Made by a program: the position numbers and the translations under genes. The notes under the pieces are model-generated. The model saw nothing but the letters and a program-made list of their open reading frames with translations, had not been told where the DNA came from and did no database searches. Positions 22,913 through 32,795 of a stretch of DNA of 64,000 nucleotides are shown piece by piece. The stretch covers positions 64,432 to 128,431 of IMG/VR virus record IMGVR_UViG_3300029305_003259. The stretch is one strand, 5' to 3'. The stretch is from a virus. Taxonomy: Duplodnaviria > Caudoviricetes. Numbering within the stretch: the stretch's first letter is position 1; every line of letters starts with the position of its first letter.

Positions 22913-23374
22913 TTAATTAGTGCCAGTGCTACCAAAACCACCTGAACCACGATCTGTGGAATCAAGTTCATCTACTTCAATTAGATTTGCTTGCTCATAA
23001 GGAACGAACATTAGCTGTGCAATGCGGTCACCGTGTTTAACAGTCTGAGTATAATTGCCATGATTATGAAGAGAAACAATATATTCTCCAGTATAATCTT
23101 CATCACAAAGCCCGATTTTGTTAGAAGGAGCTAAACCATGTTTATTAGCCATACCACTTCTAGCAAGAATTAACCCACAATAATTTTCAGCAGGTTGAAA
23201 TGAGAAACCAGTTCCAATCATAACGGTTGTATGAGGAGGAATATCTACTTGATCCGGACAATTATCATCTATATAACCTAGATTAGCATACAGATCCATT
23301 CCTGCTGCCTTAGCAGATCCATATGTAGGTACAATTGCAGTATCTGATAGCCTCTTAATCTTTACATTTAGCAT
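22913..23374 (-). CDS. dut: dUTPase (trimeric)
   Basis: AAGMDL, ARSG, G.CDEDYTGE, RIAQL, RGSGGFGSTG motifs. Confidence 0.97.
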   Translation of the reverse strand: MLNVKIKRLSDTAIVPTYGSAKAAGMDLYANLGYIDDNCPDQVDIPPHTTVMIGTGFSFQPAENYCGLILARSGMANKHGLAPSNKIGLCDEDYTGEYIVSLHNHGNYTQTVKHGDRIAQLMFVPYEQANLIEVDELDSTDRGSGGFGSTGTN

Positions 23375-24128
23375 TTAAAAATTCCTCCTTTGGAATCGTA
23401 ATACCATAGATACGATCATTTAGTTGCTTATAAACTTCAATCTTTTCTTTTAATTCTTTCTTTGTGGGATATGCTCCACAGCCCTTCTTGCCTTCTGGGC
23501 ACCAAAGTAAAGCTTGACAATTAGGGACAAGCTTATCTTTTAGTTCTGGTAGAATTTCCAGAGAAACGTTTCGAATCTTTTGAGCAAGCTCTCTATGGAT
23601 ATCTTCTGTTCTTACACATAGACGCATATTACAAAAATGAATTAATGCCTCAATGTCCATGGCAATTACAAAACTAGAATGAGTTGAAATAGGCAGAACA
23701 TATCTTGCTTGTTCATTAGCCCTTTCATCGGACTTTGTCTTATCTGACACATATGATTGAATATCTCCATAAAGAATAATGGCTTCATTCATATGTGCGA
23801 TATATCTATTTAATAGTTCTTTATTATCTTTAATTTCAACGGGAATTTCATAAGCAAACATATGCTTGCTTACATATCGAAAGCTCTGAACATTTTTCAT
23901 CACACCATCTTCATGACGAATGGCTTGGTCAATAGTAAATCTGGGACAGTCATCTACTTGGAATAAAATATACTGAGAACGACTACCGGAGAAATGGCCA
24001 GAGTTCATACAATGCTTGCCAACAGCGGCAGGGTTGCTGGTTTGAGTATCATAGCAAACTTTAGATGCCATACCCCACCAATAGAATAATTCTTTTGCTA
24101 TATCTGGATTGAGAATTGTTACCCTCAT
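23355..24128 (-). CDS. thyX: Flavin-dependent thymidylate synthase
   Basis: GH.S, RH...SFRY, EQARYVLP, F...RLC.R motifs. Confidence 0.9.
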   Translation of the reverse strand: MRVTILNPDIAKELFYWWGMASKVCYDTQTSNPAAVGKHCMNSGHFSGSRSQYILFQVDDCPRFTIDQAIRHEDGVMKNVQSFRYVSKHMFAYEIPVEIKDNKELLNRYIAHMNEAIILYGDIQSYVSDKTKSDERANEQARYVLPISTHSSFVIAMDIEALIHFCNMRLCVRTEDIHRELAQKIRNVSLEILPELKDKLVPNCQALLWCPEGKKGCGAYPTKKELKEKIEVYKQLNDRIYGITIPKEEFLNAKCKD

Positions 24129-24141
24129 AGCAACCTCCTTA

Positions 24142-24423
24142 TTAGAACCACCAAGTCTTATTGCTGAATAGTAGCTTTAGGTATGGATATTCCTTATGAA
24201 TCTCTAGGCGCTCATATTCCTTGAAATGCTTCTTTAGAGCATCTTCTGCGACTTCTACAGCATCAATAGCAGCCTTCTCGCTCTTTTCACGAGCTTCAGC
24301 TTCCTTCTTTAGTTTCTTGAGTTCCTCTCTCTTCTTTTCGTCTGCTAAACATTGGGATTCGCACTTAACACGTTCCTCAATGGATTCATAATCCTTTCCG
24401 CAGATTGCACAAGTATAAATCAT
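24142..24423 (-). CDS. Hypothetical protein (N-terminal Cys motif)
   Basis: ORF with AGGAGG RBS; C.ICGK...CE..C then coiled coil. Confidence 0.7.
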   Translation of the reverse strand: MIYTCAICGKDYESIEERVKCESQCLADEKKREELKKLKKEAEAREKSEKAAIDAVEVAEDALKKHFKEYERLEIHKEYPYLKLLFSNKTWWF

Positions 24424-24426
24424 AAA

Positions 24427-24975
24427 TTATACCTCCTTTAATTTTGTATTGTAACTGACAGCGCATCCGTGTTGTAAAGATTTTTTTACGTCAATAATCC
24501 TTTGATTACTAGATCCTCTCCATTCAAGGGTTAGATCCTTTAGTTCTTCCATGAATGGGCCATCAATAAAAATATCAACATTTTTAATTAATTCTTGTCT
24601 GTATTCACGAATAATATTGAAATCATCTGTAATAACAATTGGGAAAATCTGCTCCCAAGTAAATCCAGACCATAACCATACTGTTTTGCCCAAATCATGA
24701 ACTCTATGACAAATGTCGATAAGCTGCAACAGTCCGTTCATGTTTTGACAAAGCGGATCTCCGCCTAAAATAGACAACCCGTTAATCTTTGTATCTGAAA
24801 CATATTCAATAAGCTTTGTTAAAGCTAATGTATTAAAATCTTCGCCGTAATTGAAATCTTGAGCTTCTTTATTAAAACATCCAGAACAATGAAAATTACA
24901 TCCGCTAACGAAAAGGGTGGTTCTCCACCCTTCTCCATTCGCACAATCATATTGAATTAGATTTGAGTAATTCAT
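24427..24975 (-). CDS. nrdG: Anaerobic ribonucleotide reductase activase
   Basis: NGEG.R..LFVSGC..HC.GCFN, LGGDP, RGSSNQR; next to nrdD. Confidence 0.97.
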   Translation of the reverse strand: MNYSNLIQYDCANGEGWRTTLFVSGCNFHCSGCFNKEAQDFNYGEDFNTLALTKLIEYVSDTKINGLSILGGDPLCQNMNGLLQLIDICHRVHDLGKTVWLWSGFTWEQIFPIVITDDFNIIREYRQELIKNVDIFIDGPFMEELKDLTLEWRGSSNQRIIDVKKSLQHGCAVSYNTKLKEV

Positions 24976-27158
24976 CTATGTTTCACTCTCATTTCAACTT
25001 CTTGTTGCTTGCCAAGATTAAATGCCGTTGTATAGTTACCGGTTAGATAACCAGTTACACGACGTAGGCGCTGAATATCTTCACAACTACACTGTGGACA
25101 TTCATTTCCAATTTCATCTGTATATCCGCAATTCATACACGTATCATTTGGAACATTTAAAGCAAAGTAAGGAATATCCTTATCCATTGCATAATTTACA
25201 ATTGTCTCAAGTGCTTCGATATTATTCTTACAAGTACTGTCTAGTTCTACATAAGTAATACAACCAGCGCTTGAGTATCCGGTTAATTGCGATTCAATAT
25301 CGATCTTTTGGAATGGATTCATATTCTTCCATACAGGAACGTGCATGGAATTAGTGAAGAATTCCTTGTCAGATACATTTGGAATTTCGCCATACTTGGC
25401 CTTAAATTTCTTCATTGCCGTATAGCAAAGATTTTCTGCAGGAGTATAATAGACACCGAAATTTAGCTTATATTCCTGCTTAAATTGAGCACATCTGTCC
25501 TTGAATAACTGCTCAATATGCTTAGCTAGTTCCATACCTCTTTCTTCTGTATGGTCGCATCCAATAAGAATTTGAAGCGTCTCTGCTAAGCCAAGTTGCC
25601 CAATTACCACAGTGCCATGCTTTAGAGCTGAGCGGATACCCTCTTCTGGAATGTATCCTGCCATTAGGCCATTCTCATACATGAACTTTGCTGATGCTGG
25701 ATCTTGAGAACAAATCCATTCGAAACGCTCAATGAGCATATCTTTTGCTTCATGAATTTTATCATCTAATATTTCAAAGAAGATATCTTCACTAATTGAA
25801 TCTGTTTTTTCAGCAATTTCTTTAGCTTCCATGGCTAAAGTTGGCATAATAATTGTTACGGGACAGATGTTTCCTCTGCCATCCTTAAGTTGGCCAAGAC
25901 CATTAATGTCCATACCATTTGCTGTACGACATCCCATTGTGCTAAAATATGTCCTCGGGTCATTGATATCGTATCCTGCATTACCAGACCAATCTACATT
26001 GGCATAATTAGGATACAGTCTCTGGCTTGTAGACTTTAGGGCTAACTGGAATAAATCATAGTTTGGATCTCCAGGTTTACGGTTTACACCATTCATACAC
26101 TGGAATATACCACAAGGGAAAATGCTTGTCTTATGCAGTCTACCAATACCCTTAATAGAAACATCAAGTAGAGCCTTTGTTACCATGCGACCTTCTGGAA
26201 GAGTGCATGTGCCGTAATTAACAGAAGTGAACGGAAGTTGATTCCCAGATCGTGATTGGAGTGTATTTAAATTATGATACATTCCTTCAACGGCCTGATA
26301 ACATTCACGAGTTGTCATATCTAAAGCATAATTGTACGCTCTCTCAGAATATGCCTGATAATCGCTTTCATCAATTGGCAGAGCATCATGAAAACTATAG
26401 TCTAAATCATGCCCTTCTAAATACTTTACGCCATCCTTATAATGTTTGAAAAAGCTCTTTCGTACATAAGGAACCATTGTCCAATCAATGTGGGTTGCGC
26501 TAACGCCACCAAACTGTTGTAAGCTCTGTAATTGGAAAATTACAGCAACAAGTTGAAATGCCGTATTCACAGACTGAGCGGGTCTTACATCAGTCTGCCT
26601 AGTATTAAAGCCTTTTGCTAGCAAATCATCAAAAGGAATAGAAAGGCAATTATGACTTCCGACAGCATAAGAGTTTAAATCATGAATATAAATTTCATTA
26701 TTTTCATGATTTGCTCTTGCCATAGGAGACACTAAATATTCAAGAGCATACTGCTTAGTTACAACATCACTAGCCTCACCAATACGACCACCAAAAGAAT
26801 GTTCATCTACATTTGCATTCTGATTCTTAACATCCTTGGCTTGAAGCTTTTCAGCAACAGCCTCCATCAGCTCCTTATATTGAGATCTCGCCATATGGTG
26901 TAGTTGTCGATACTGAACATAATGTGCCGCTACATCTTTACGTGAGCTTGCCATGAGTTTATTTATAACAATATCTTGAATCTCCTCAACGCTCATGTCT
27001 TTGTCTAGAGATTCTACATAATTAGCGATCTCTCTAGCCTTATCTTTGGCAAAAGAAGTTTCCTCGCCATCGACATCCAAAAATGCTTTTCCTACGGCAA
27101 GCTTAATCTTGTTCTTATCAAATTCGACTTGGCTCCCATCACGCTTTTTTACAATCAT
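24972..27158 (-). CDS. nrdD: Class III anaerobic ribonucleoside-triphosphate reductase
   Basis: ATP cone (VKKRDGS), MGCRT, TPAENL, C..C...CP.C, RRVTGYL glycyl-radical loop. Confidence 0.98.
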   Translation of the reverse strand: MIVKKRDGSQVEFDKNKIKLAVGKAFLDVDGEETSFAKDKAREIANYVESLDKDMSVEEIQDIVINKLMASSRKDVAAHYVQYRQLHHMARSQYKELMEAVAEKLQAKDVKNQNANVDEHSFGGRIGEASDVVTKQYALEYLVSPMARANHENNEIYIHDLNSYAVGSHNCLSIPFDDLLAKGFNTRQTDVRPAQSVNTAFQLVAVIFQLQSLQQFGGVSATHIDWTMVPYVRKSFFKHYKDGVKYLEGHDLDYSFHDALPIDESDYQAYSERAYNYALDMTTRECYQAVEGMYHNLNTLQSRSGNQLPFTSVNYGTCTLPEGRMVTKALLDVSIKGIGRLHKTSIFPCGIFQCMNGVNRKPGDPNYDLFQLALKSTSQRLYPNYANVDWSGNAGYDINDPRTYFSTMGCRTANGMDINGLGQLKDGRGNICPVTIIMPTLAMEAKEIAEKTDSISEDIFFEILDDKIHEAKDMLIERFEWICSQDPASAKFMYENGLMAGYIPEEGIRSALKHGTVVIGQLGLAETLQILIGCDHTEERGMELAKHIEQLFKDRCAQFKQEYKLNFGVYYTPAENLCYTAMKKFKAKYGEIPNVSDKEFFTNSMHVPVWKNMNPFQKIDIESQLTGYSSAGCITYVELDSTCKNNIEALETIVNYAMDKDIPYFALNVPNDTCMNCGYTDEIGNECPQCSCEDIQRLRRVTGYLTGNYTTAFNLGKQQEVEMRVKHR

Positions 27159-27162
27159 AAAG

Positions 27163-27717
27163 TTACATCACTCCATTTTTATTTAATTTATTAATAACAT
27201 CCAGTGCTTCGCTCCAGTTTTGTACTCTATGAATGTCATATACTTCATCATGAACATCTCTGTTCCAAGGATAATCAAAAAGCACACGGTCATAATGATA
27301 GCCGCCTAGCAGATTGTCTAGATTATCTTCTACCATGACATCGCATTTAAACAACCACTTATGCTTCATTGAAATAACATGCGAATGGTCAATATCGAAA
27401 TTATACTTAATCCAATTAACCTTTTCTTCAATCATCGAAGGTGCAGAATCGGTTACAATATAAATTTCATGCCCAGACTTCTTTAGTCTCTGGATTGCAT
27501 TCTTTGCGCCATTAATGACATTTACACAATCATAAATGCCAGTTTTTACATATAGTTTCTTCATATTAAGAGCATCATTTTTATTAAGACATTCAGAAAT
27601 ATCATAATGCGTAAAGTCATTCAAAGAATATGAAGTTCCATATACATCGTTAGAAATTTTAGTAACAGTTTCCTGCAGATTACACAAAATATTATCCATA
27701 TCTACGCAAATAATCAT
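27163..27717 (-). CDS. 5'(3')-deoxyribonucleotidase (HAD, NT5C-like)
   Basis: VDMDNIL, EK..W, D...ED...N, YPWN motifs. Confidence 0.85.
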   Translation of the reverse strand: MIICVDMDNILCNLQETVTKISNDVYGTSYSLNDFTHYDISECLNKNDALNMKKLYVKTGIYDCVNVINGAKNAIQRLKKSGHEIYIVTDSAPSMIEEKVNWIKYNFDIDHSHVISMKHKWLFKCDVMVEDNLDNLLGGYHYDRVLFDYPWNRDVHDEVYDIHRVQNWSEALDVINKLNKNGVM

Positions 27718-27724
27718 ATCGAAC

Positions 27725-28207
27725 CTACTTTCTTAATTTACCATTTTGTTTAGTAACTTTGGTTTGTCTAAAATCTTTCAATAGTTCTTCGAATGGTTTG
27801 TGTGCTTCACATATATGGTCTGTTATTGTTAAATCATTTCTTTGCCTAGGTCTATAAATACGTTTGCTATGAGCATCTGAAATTTTAGCAGCGTTGCTTT
27901 GTATCTTTTGCATAGAAGATTTAAAGATTTGGCCCTGTTGAGTTTTAAAGAATTCATACATATCTTTTAATATTTCATTCTCATCTTTGGCCAATCTTCT
28001 TCGCTGTCTAACTTCGCGAATCTGTTTATACATTAGATACCCTTTATACATATCTTTTGGTTCCGATAATTCACATTCATGATTTAGATCATTGAGCTCT
28101 TCTTCTGCTTGCTTGATAATATCGAGATTATTTTCATATCTATTTATAACTGATTGATAAATAGATATAATGGTTGAACTATATTGATTAACAATATTAT
28201 CTGACAT
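27725..28207 (-). CDS. Hypothetical coiled-coil protein
   Basis: Co-oriented ORF; D..H..E...RR..KDE...Y.PR pattern common in Bacillota phages. Confidence 0.7.
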   Translation of the reverse strand: MSDNIVNQYSSTIISIYQSVINRYENNLDIIKQAEEELNDLNHECELSEPKDMYKGYLMYKQIREVRQRRRLAKDENEILKDMYEFFKTQQGQIFKSSMQKIQSNAAKISDAHSKRIYRPRQRNDLTITDHICEAHKPFEELLKDFRQTKVTKQNGKLRK

Positions 28208-28218
28208 TATATCCCTCT

Positions 28219-28773
28219 TTAATTTTGTGCTGTTTTAACTTCAATAATCTTTTTTAAAACTTCAAAAGCATCATCATTATTTAGATTGCTTACTGCCCAA
28301 TCAAATCCTCCATGCCCTTTCATGCGAACAAATTGCTCCGTTTCCGCAGAAGTTCGAGATGCAAATACTTCGATGTCGTCACCTCTAGACAGGGCACGAT
28401 TTAGACGAATATTAAATGGTACGTTGACATAAATAGAACATAGGTCGATATCGGATAACCCTAAATCCTCTAATGTCTGTAATCCAAGTGCATCAATAAT
28501 GTATATATCATTATCGTACAATTGTTCGATTGTAGACCAGTAGTGATAACCGTCAATATTGGTATATGCAGCGATATTGCCAATATCTTTCATGTCATAA
28601 TATACGCTATCATCTACAAAGATATGAGTTCCAACCTCTCCATTACGAGGAGGACGTGTAGTATAACTAATTACTTGCTTTAGTCCAAGCTCTTTACATA
28701 ATCTTTGAGTTAGAGTATCTTTCCCAGATGCGCTCTCTCCCATAATACAAAAAAGTTTATGCTTCTTCTCCAT
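28219..28773 (-). CDS. gmk: Guanylate kinase-like protein
   Basis: GESASGKDT P-loop, SYTTRPPRNGE..G.H.FV. Confidence 0.9.
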   Translation of the reverse strand: MEKKHKLFCIMGESASGKDTLTQRLCKELGLKQVISYTTRPPRNGEVGTHIFVDDSVYYDMKDIGNIAAYTNIDGYHYWSTIEQLYDNDIYIIDALGLQTLEDLGLSDIDLCSIYVNVPFNIRLNRALSRGDDIEVFASRTSAETEQFVRMKGHGGFDWAVSNLNNDDAFEVLKKIIEVKTAQN

Positions 28774-29032
28774 CAGAATCCTCCCCAAACTTCGGTACTT
28801 CTACCTCATGGTCAATTGCAATCTGACAGAACTTTCGTACTTCCTTGATAATGCGCTTCATATCATTCATCGTTCTCTTACCAGGCTTATTCATGTCCTG
28901 GTCGATCATTCTTGCAATCATAAGAGCCATAGATCTGCCGCCAAGTAGCATAGATTGAGTGCGAAGCTTTTCCATAACTTCTTGAACGTCGTTCTTTAGC
29001 TCTTCGACATTTACATTGTTCTCTTCATTCAT
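28757..29032 (-). CDS. Hypothetical protein
   Basis: ORF with RBS just after a consensus promoter. Confidence 0.7.
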   Translation of the reverse strand: MNEENNVNVEELKNDVQEVMEKLRTQSMLLGGRSMALMIARMIDQDMNKPGKRTMNDMKRIIKEVRKFCQIAIDHEVEVPKFGEDSDGEEA

Positions 29033-29047
29033 ATATATTACCCCCTT

Positions 29048-29092
29048 TTAATTTTGTGTTGTAATTATACCACAAAATTCCTGATTTGTCAA
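29048..29092 (-). promoter_or_regulatory. Sigma-A promoter with the CARYACAAAATTAA box
   Basis: Minus strand TTGACA-17-TATAAT-TACAACACAAAATTAA. Confidence 0.8.
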
Positions 29093-29096
29093 TAGG

Positions 29097-29243
29097 TTAA
29101 ATGTCTTTGATGATTTTGCTTAATTCATCTATAATGTTTAAATAGCTACCTCTGGATACAGCCCACTTCCCGTCTACATATAAATCATAAACATTGTCGC
29201 CACGAAGCTTAATTGTAAAATTGTGGATAGTACTATTATTCAT
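29097..29243 (-). CDS. Small hypothetical protein (48 aa, not in ORF track)
   Basis: MNNSTIHNFTIKLRGDNVYDLYVDGKWAVSRGSYLNIIDELSKIIKDI; AGGAG RBS; own promoter at 29261-29305. Confidence 0.6.
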   Translation of the reverse strand: MNNSTIHNFTIKLRGDNVYDLYVDGKWAVSRGSYLNIIDELSKIIKDI

Positions 29244-29342
29244 ATAACCCATCTCCTAAATTAATTTTGTATTGTTAATATAACACTGATTTAATTATTT
29301 GTCAATATATTTTTAGGCACGAATTTCTCCGTGCCTAATTTT

Positions 29343-30299
29343 TTAATTCATTAACATTTTTCTTGTAGCTGGGCCACAGGAACCGTCTGCTTCTAGTCCA
29401 ACGCTTGATTGATATGCCTTAAGCTGTTTTAGGGTAGTAGGCCCAAAACTTCCGTCAATTTCACAAGGGAATCCGTGTGCGGTAAGTTCCCACTGTAACC
29501 ACTTATTATATTCCTTATGTAGATTCTTGTACTTTAATGCAACAGTTGGAACTTTATATGGATTCTTTGTAGTCTCCTTCTCAGTGTCTCCAAATAAAAT
29601 AATAGTATTTACTCGTCTATTCTCCAGAGTAGACTTTGTAACCCCATCTGCATTAAAATAGAACGATCCTCCGCCGTCCAGCTTTATGACATCGTAAAAT
29701 CCAAGCTTCTTAAACTTCTTAAATGCCTCTGCAGAGAGAATCATATTTGAACTAGATGTCTTCATTGCCATGCAATATACAGTGTCCGCATTCTTTTCTT
29801 TGATTCCAACAAAGATATGCCAAGTACCATATAGGGAGCCACCTCCCCATCCTTGGCCCTTAACATAAGTTGCAAACTTTACATCATTGCCATCACGCAT
29901 AATTGGTACACCAGCAATAGCATAATCTACTCCCTTTGGGGCACTAAACAAATCATTCATGCTTGCGATACCCTTATGTACGATAAGAGTTGTTTGAGAA
30001 TTTCCGTAAAATGGATTCATGTAGTTGAAAGAGCCAGAATCAAAGCGGAATTTATCCCCCTTTAATTCACCTCTCTCTTTACAATAAAACTCTGTCCATT
30101 TACTCTTTGCGTCATAATCGCATACTAGATGCCCAACAGGAAGAGTAAACTTATCCTTGCCCTCATTGAAATTTCCAAAAAATCCAGCATTGCAAGAATT
30201 CTTAGGAGAGTTTTTCTTTCTATCATCCACCATTACAATTTTAAAGTCTTTTGCTGGCACTTCTGCTATATGAATATTATTAGATACACTATATTTCAT
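29343..30299 (-). CDS. Phosphodiester glycosidase (NAGPA/DUF2233-like) with C-terminal peptidoglycan-binding domain
   Basis: NAGFF and LDGGGS motifs; C-terminal WLQ..L...G...DGSFGP.T...YQ...GL.ADG.CGP.T. Confidence 0.82.
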   Translation of the reverse strand: MKYSVSNNIHIAEVPAKDFKIVMVDDRKKNSPKNSCNAGFFGNFNEGKDKFTLPVGHLVCDYDAKSKWTEFYCKERGELKGDKFRFDSGSFNYMNPFYGNSQTTLIVHKGIASMNDLFSAPKGVDYAIAGVPIMRDGNDVKFATYVKGQGWGGGSLYGTWHIFVGIKEKNADTVYCMAMKTSSSNMILSAEAFKKFKKLGFYDVIKLDGGGSFYFNADGVTKSTLENRRVNTIILFGDTEKETTKNPYKVPTVALKYKNLHKEYNKWLQWELTAHGFPCEIDGSFGPTTLKQLKAYQSSVGLEADGSCGPATRKMLMN

Positions 30300-30302
30300 A
30301 AA

Positions 30303-32315
30303 TCAACCTCCACACATTTTTAAAAATTCATCTTCTGTTATAATAGGAACATTTAGAGATACAGCCTTTTGGTATTTGCTACTACCAGAAGCTTCGTTGG
30401 TGATTAAATAATCAGTATTCTTAGAAACAGATCCTGCCGTCTTGGCTCCAAGCGAAGTAATCTTTTCATTAATTGAATCTCTTGTGAAATGGTTGAGCTT
30501 GCCAGTTACAACAATGGTCTTACCAGTGAATGGGCTTTGTTTTATATTATCCGTGATATCGGGAAGAATAAAAAATAATTGCTCAGATGTTTTTAGCATA
30601 AGATCATTATTGCTTTCAAACCAACTGTATAGAGATTTATTCATAATTTCACCGAAATCGCTTAATGTAGTAAAATCAAATTGGCGTGTAAGTGCATTCC
30701 AAAAATCAAGAAAACTACCATTAAAGTGCTTAGAAATGGTTTTTGACGCAGACAGCCCAATATTAGGAATACCCAATGCGCAAATAAAATTCTCAAGCCT
30801 TACATTCCTTGAATCTTCGATAGATTTTAGCATATTTAGAATGGATTTTTCACCAAAGCCTTCTAGCTGTACAAGTTCATTCTTATGATCCTTGAGGTGA
30901 TAAATATCCACATAGTTATGGATAAAATTATTGGAAATTAGGGTTTCTAGCGTTGCTTCTGACATACCTTGAATGTTCATAGCTTTGCGGCTTACAAAAT
31001 GATTAAATTTGCCAAGTATTTTACCAGAACAATTATTATTCATACACATCAAAACAGTAGAATCATTTTCTTTGATAAGATTTGCAATACCGCCGCATAC
31101 AGGACATTTCGATGGAATAGCAATGTAATCTGAATCTTTGCCAAGTGATTCTCTCTCATCGGCAGAAATATTTCGTTTTACTTGTGGAATGATTTGATTG
31201 GCTTTTACAATTTCAATTGTATCTCCAATATGTAAATCTAATTTTGTTAGAATAGAAACATTATGAACTGATGCTCTCTCAACAGTTGTCCCATCGATCT
31301 CAACAGGCTCAAACACCGCAGTAGGAGTTAGTACACCAGTCTTGCCCATTGTCCAGTCAATGTCGATTAGTTTTGTCTCATGTGCCTCATCATAGAACTT
31401 AAAAGCAAGTTGAGAACGCAAATGATGGCCAGTAGCTCCTAGCGATTCACCATAAGCTACATCGTCATAACCAAATACGCATCCATCAATTGGATAACCT
31501 GCATTTTTGCAAACTACCTTAATCTGCTCAATAAGATTATTAATATTTTCTTTTGATGTATTATGATGCAATCTTGCGCATGGAGTAACATCGAATCCTA
31601 AATTACGCAAAAGCCACAATCTGTCAAAGAATGAATTTTCGTTCATTGAACCAGCAATGTCATCTGGAACAATCCATCCTTTAACAAGTTTCCAAGCAAC
31701 AAAGTTCATATTCCTCTTGGTAGCAACACTGCTATCAAGCTGACGAATAGAGCCAGATGCTAGATTGCGAGGATGCTTATATCTCTCATTTTCAGGAAGT
31801 GTCGAATTAATTTTTTCAAAGTCATCATAAGTAATAATAACTTCGCCATCAACAATAACTTCATCAAGACATTCAATCTTCAAAGGAAGATTCTTAATAG
31901 TCTTGGCACAATGCAGAATGTCCTCGCCAACCTCTCCATTACCTCTCGTTTCAGCAGAAACAAGTTCGCCATTTAGATATCGAAGACTACAAGTCAATCC
32001 ATCCATCTTAGCCATAACTACGCCGTCTCTGCCATCAAGAAACCTAATTACATCATCAACGCTCTTAGTCTTGTCTAGAGAAAGCATAGGATGATTGTGA
32101 GTCACCTTGGTAAGGCTAGACTTAACCTCATACCCAACTGTCTGTGTTGGAGAGGTTGCTAAGACAAACCCTGTCTCTTTCTCAAGAGCAGATAGCTTAT
32201 CGAATAGATTGTCATATTCAAAGTCTGAGATTTCAGGACGGCTGTTGTTGTAATAAAGATCTCGATGATAGTTAAGCTGCTCAACTAAATCTTTAATTTT
32301 ATCAATCTTGTTCAT
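30303..32315 (-). CDS. ligA: NAD-dependent DNA ligase
   Basis: Y...P.ISD.EYD, KMDG adenylation motif, TRGNG, zinc finger, HhH, BRCT. Confidence 0.97.
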   Translation of the reverse strand: MNKIDKIKDLVEQLNYHRDLYYNNSRPEISDFEYDNLFDKLSALEKETGFVLATSPTQTVGYEVKSSLTKVTHNHPMLSLDKTKSVDDVIRFLDGRDGVVMAKMDGLTCSLRYLNGELVSAETRGNGEVGEDILHCAKTIKNLPLKIECLDEVIVDGEVIITYDDFEKINSTLPENERYKHPRNLASGSIRQLDSSVATKRNMNFVAWKLVKGWIVPDDIAGSMNENSFFDRLWLLRNLGFDVTPCARLHHNTSKENINNLIEQIKVVCKNAGYPIDGCVFGYDDVAYGESLGATGHHLRSQLAFKFYDEAHETKLIDIDWTMGKTGVLTPTAVFEPVEIDGTTVERASVHNVSILTKLDLHIGDTIEIVKANQIIPQVKRNISADERESLGKDSDYIAIPSKCPVCGGIANLIKENDSTVLMCMNNNCSGKILGKFNHFVSRKAMNIQGMSEATLETLISNNFIHNYVDIYHLKDHKNELVQLEGFGEKSILNMLKSIEDSRNVRLENFICALGIPNIGLSASKTISKHFNGSFLDFWNALTRQFDFTTLSDFGEIMNKSLYSWFESNNDLMLKTSEQLFFILPDITDNIKQSPFTGKTIVVTGKLNHFTRDSINEKITSLGAKTAGSVSKNTDYLITNEASGSSKYQKAVSLNVPIITEDEFLKMCGG

Positions 32316-32548
32316 CTCAACGCCCCCTTATTCAACCAAATAGACATCCAGATTTTATTATTTCTTAAATCATTTTCATTCTCATAAACAGATTCTAAAG
32401 CATCATCTAAAATATGCATAAAACCAGTTAATGTATTATGGTTAAGTGCCTCAATAATCCATCTTCTGCATTCACATTCAACATATTCATGGTCACTACA
32501 ATCAGAGCGCTTCAACCCCAGATCACAATTAGAACATACTGATTTCAT
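32312..32548 (-). CDS. Hypothetical protein
   Basis: GAGGTG RBS; overlaps the ligA start. Confidence 0.6.
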   Translation of the reverse strand: MKSVCSNCDLGLKRSDCSDHEYVECECRRWIIEALNHNTLTGFMHILDDALESVYENENDLRNNKIWMSIWLNKGALR

Positions 32549-32558
32549 TTAATACACC

Positions 32559-32795
32559 TCAATCATATACATTCTTTGGCTTTCCACAATGTTTACAAAA
32601 ATAAATAGTATAATCTCCAATAGAATCTGAGCCGCATGAATTACTAGGAGACCATTCATGATTACAATCTTCGGCTACTCTATCAAACAATCCATTATAA
32701 GCCCCTGTTGTCCCGATTTTTTTATCGCACTTCTTATCCCATTTAGTACACCAATGACAAGGAGTTTCGTAAATACAATCAAATGTTCCCATCAT
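32559..32795 (-). CDS. Small Cys-rich hypothetical protein
   Basis: C.YETPC.WC.KWDKKC and C.H.W...CKHCG. Confidence 0.65.
   Translation of the reverse strand: MMGTFDCIYETPCHWCTKWDKKCDKKIGTTGAYNGLFDRVAEDCNHEWSPSNSCGSDSIGDYTIYFCKHCGKPKNVYD

Noticed and set aside
23355-24128. Divergent ThyX motif (RHE-x8-S) as a sign of DNA base modification
   Set aside because: Other ThyX motifs are intact and the context (dut, nrdDG, folD) fits ordinary dTMP synthesis.
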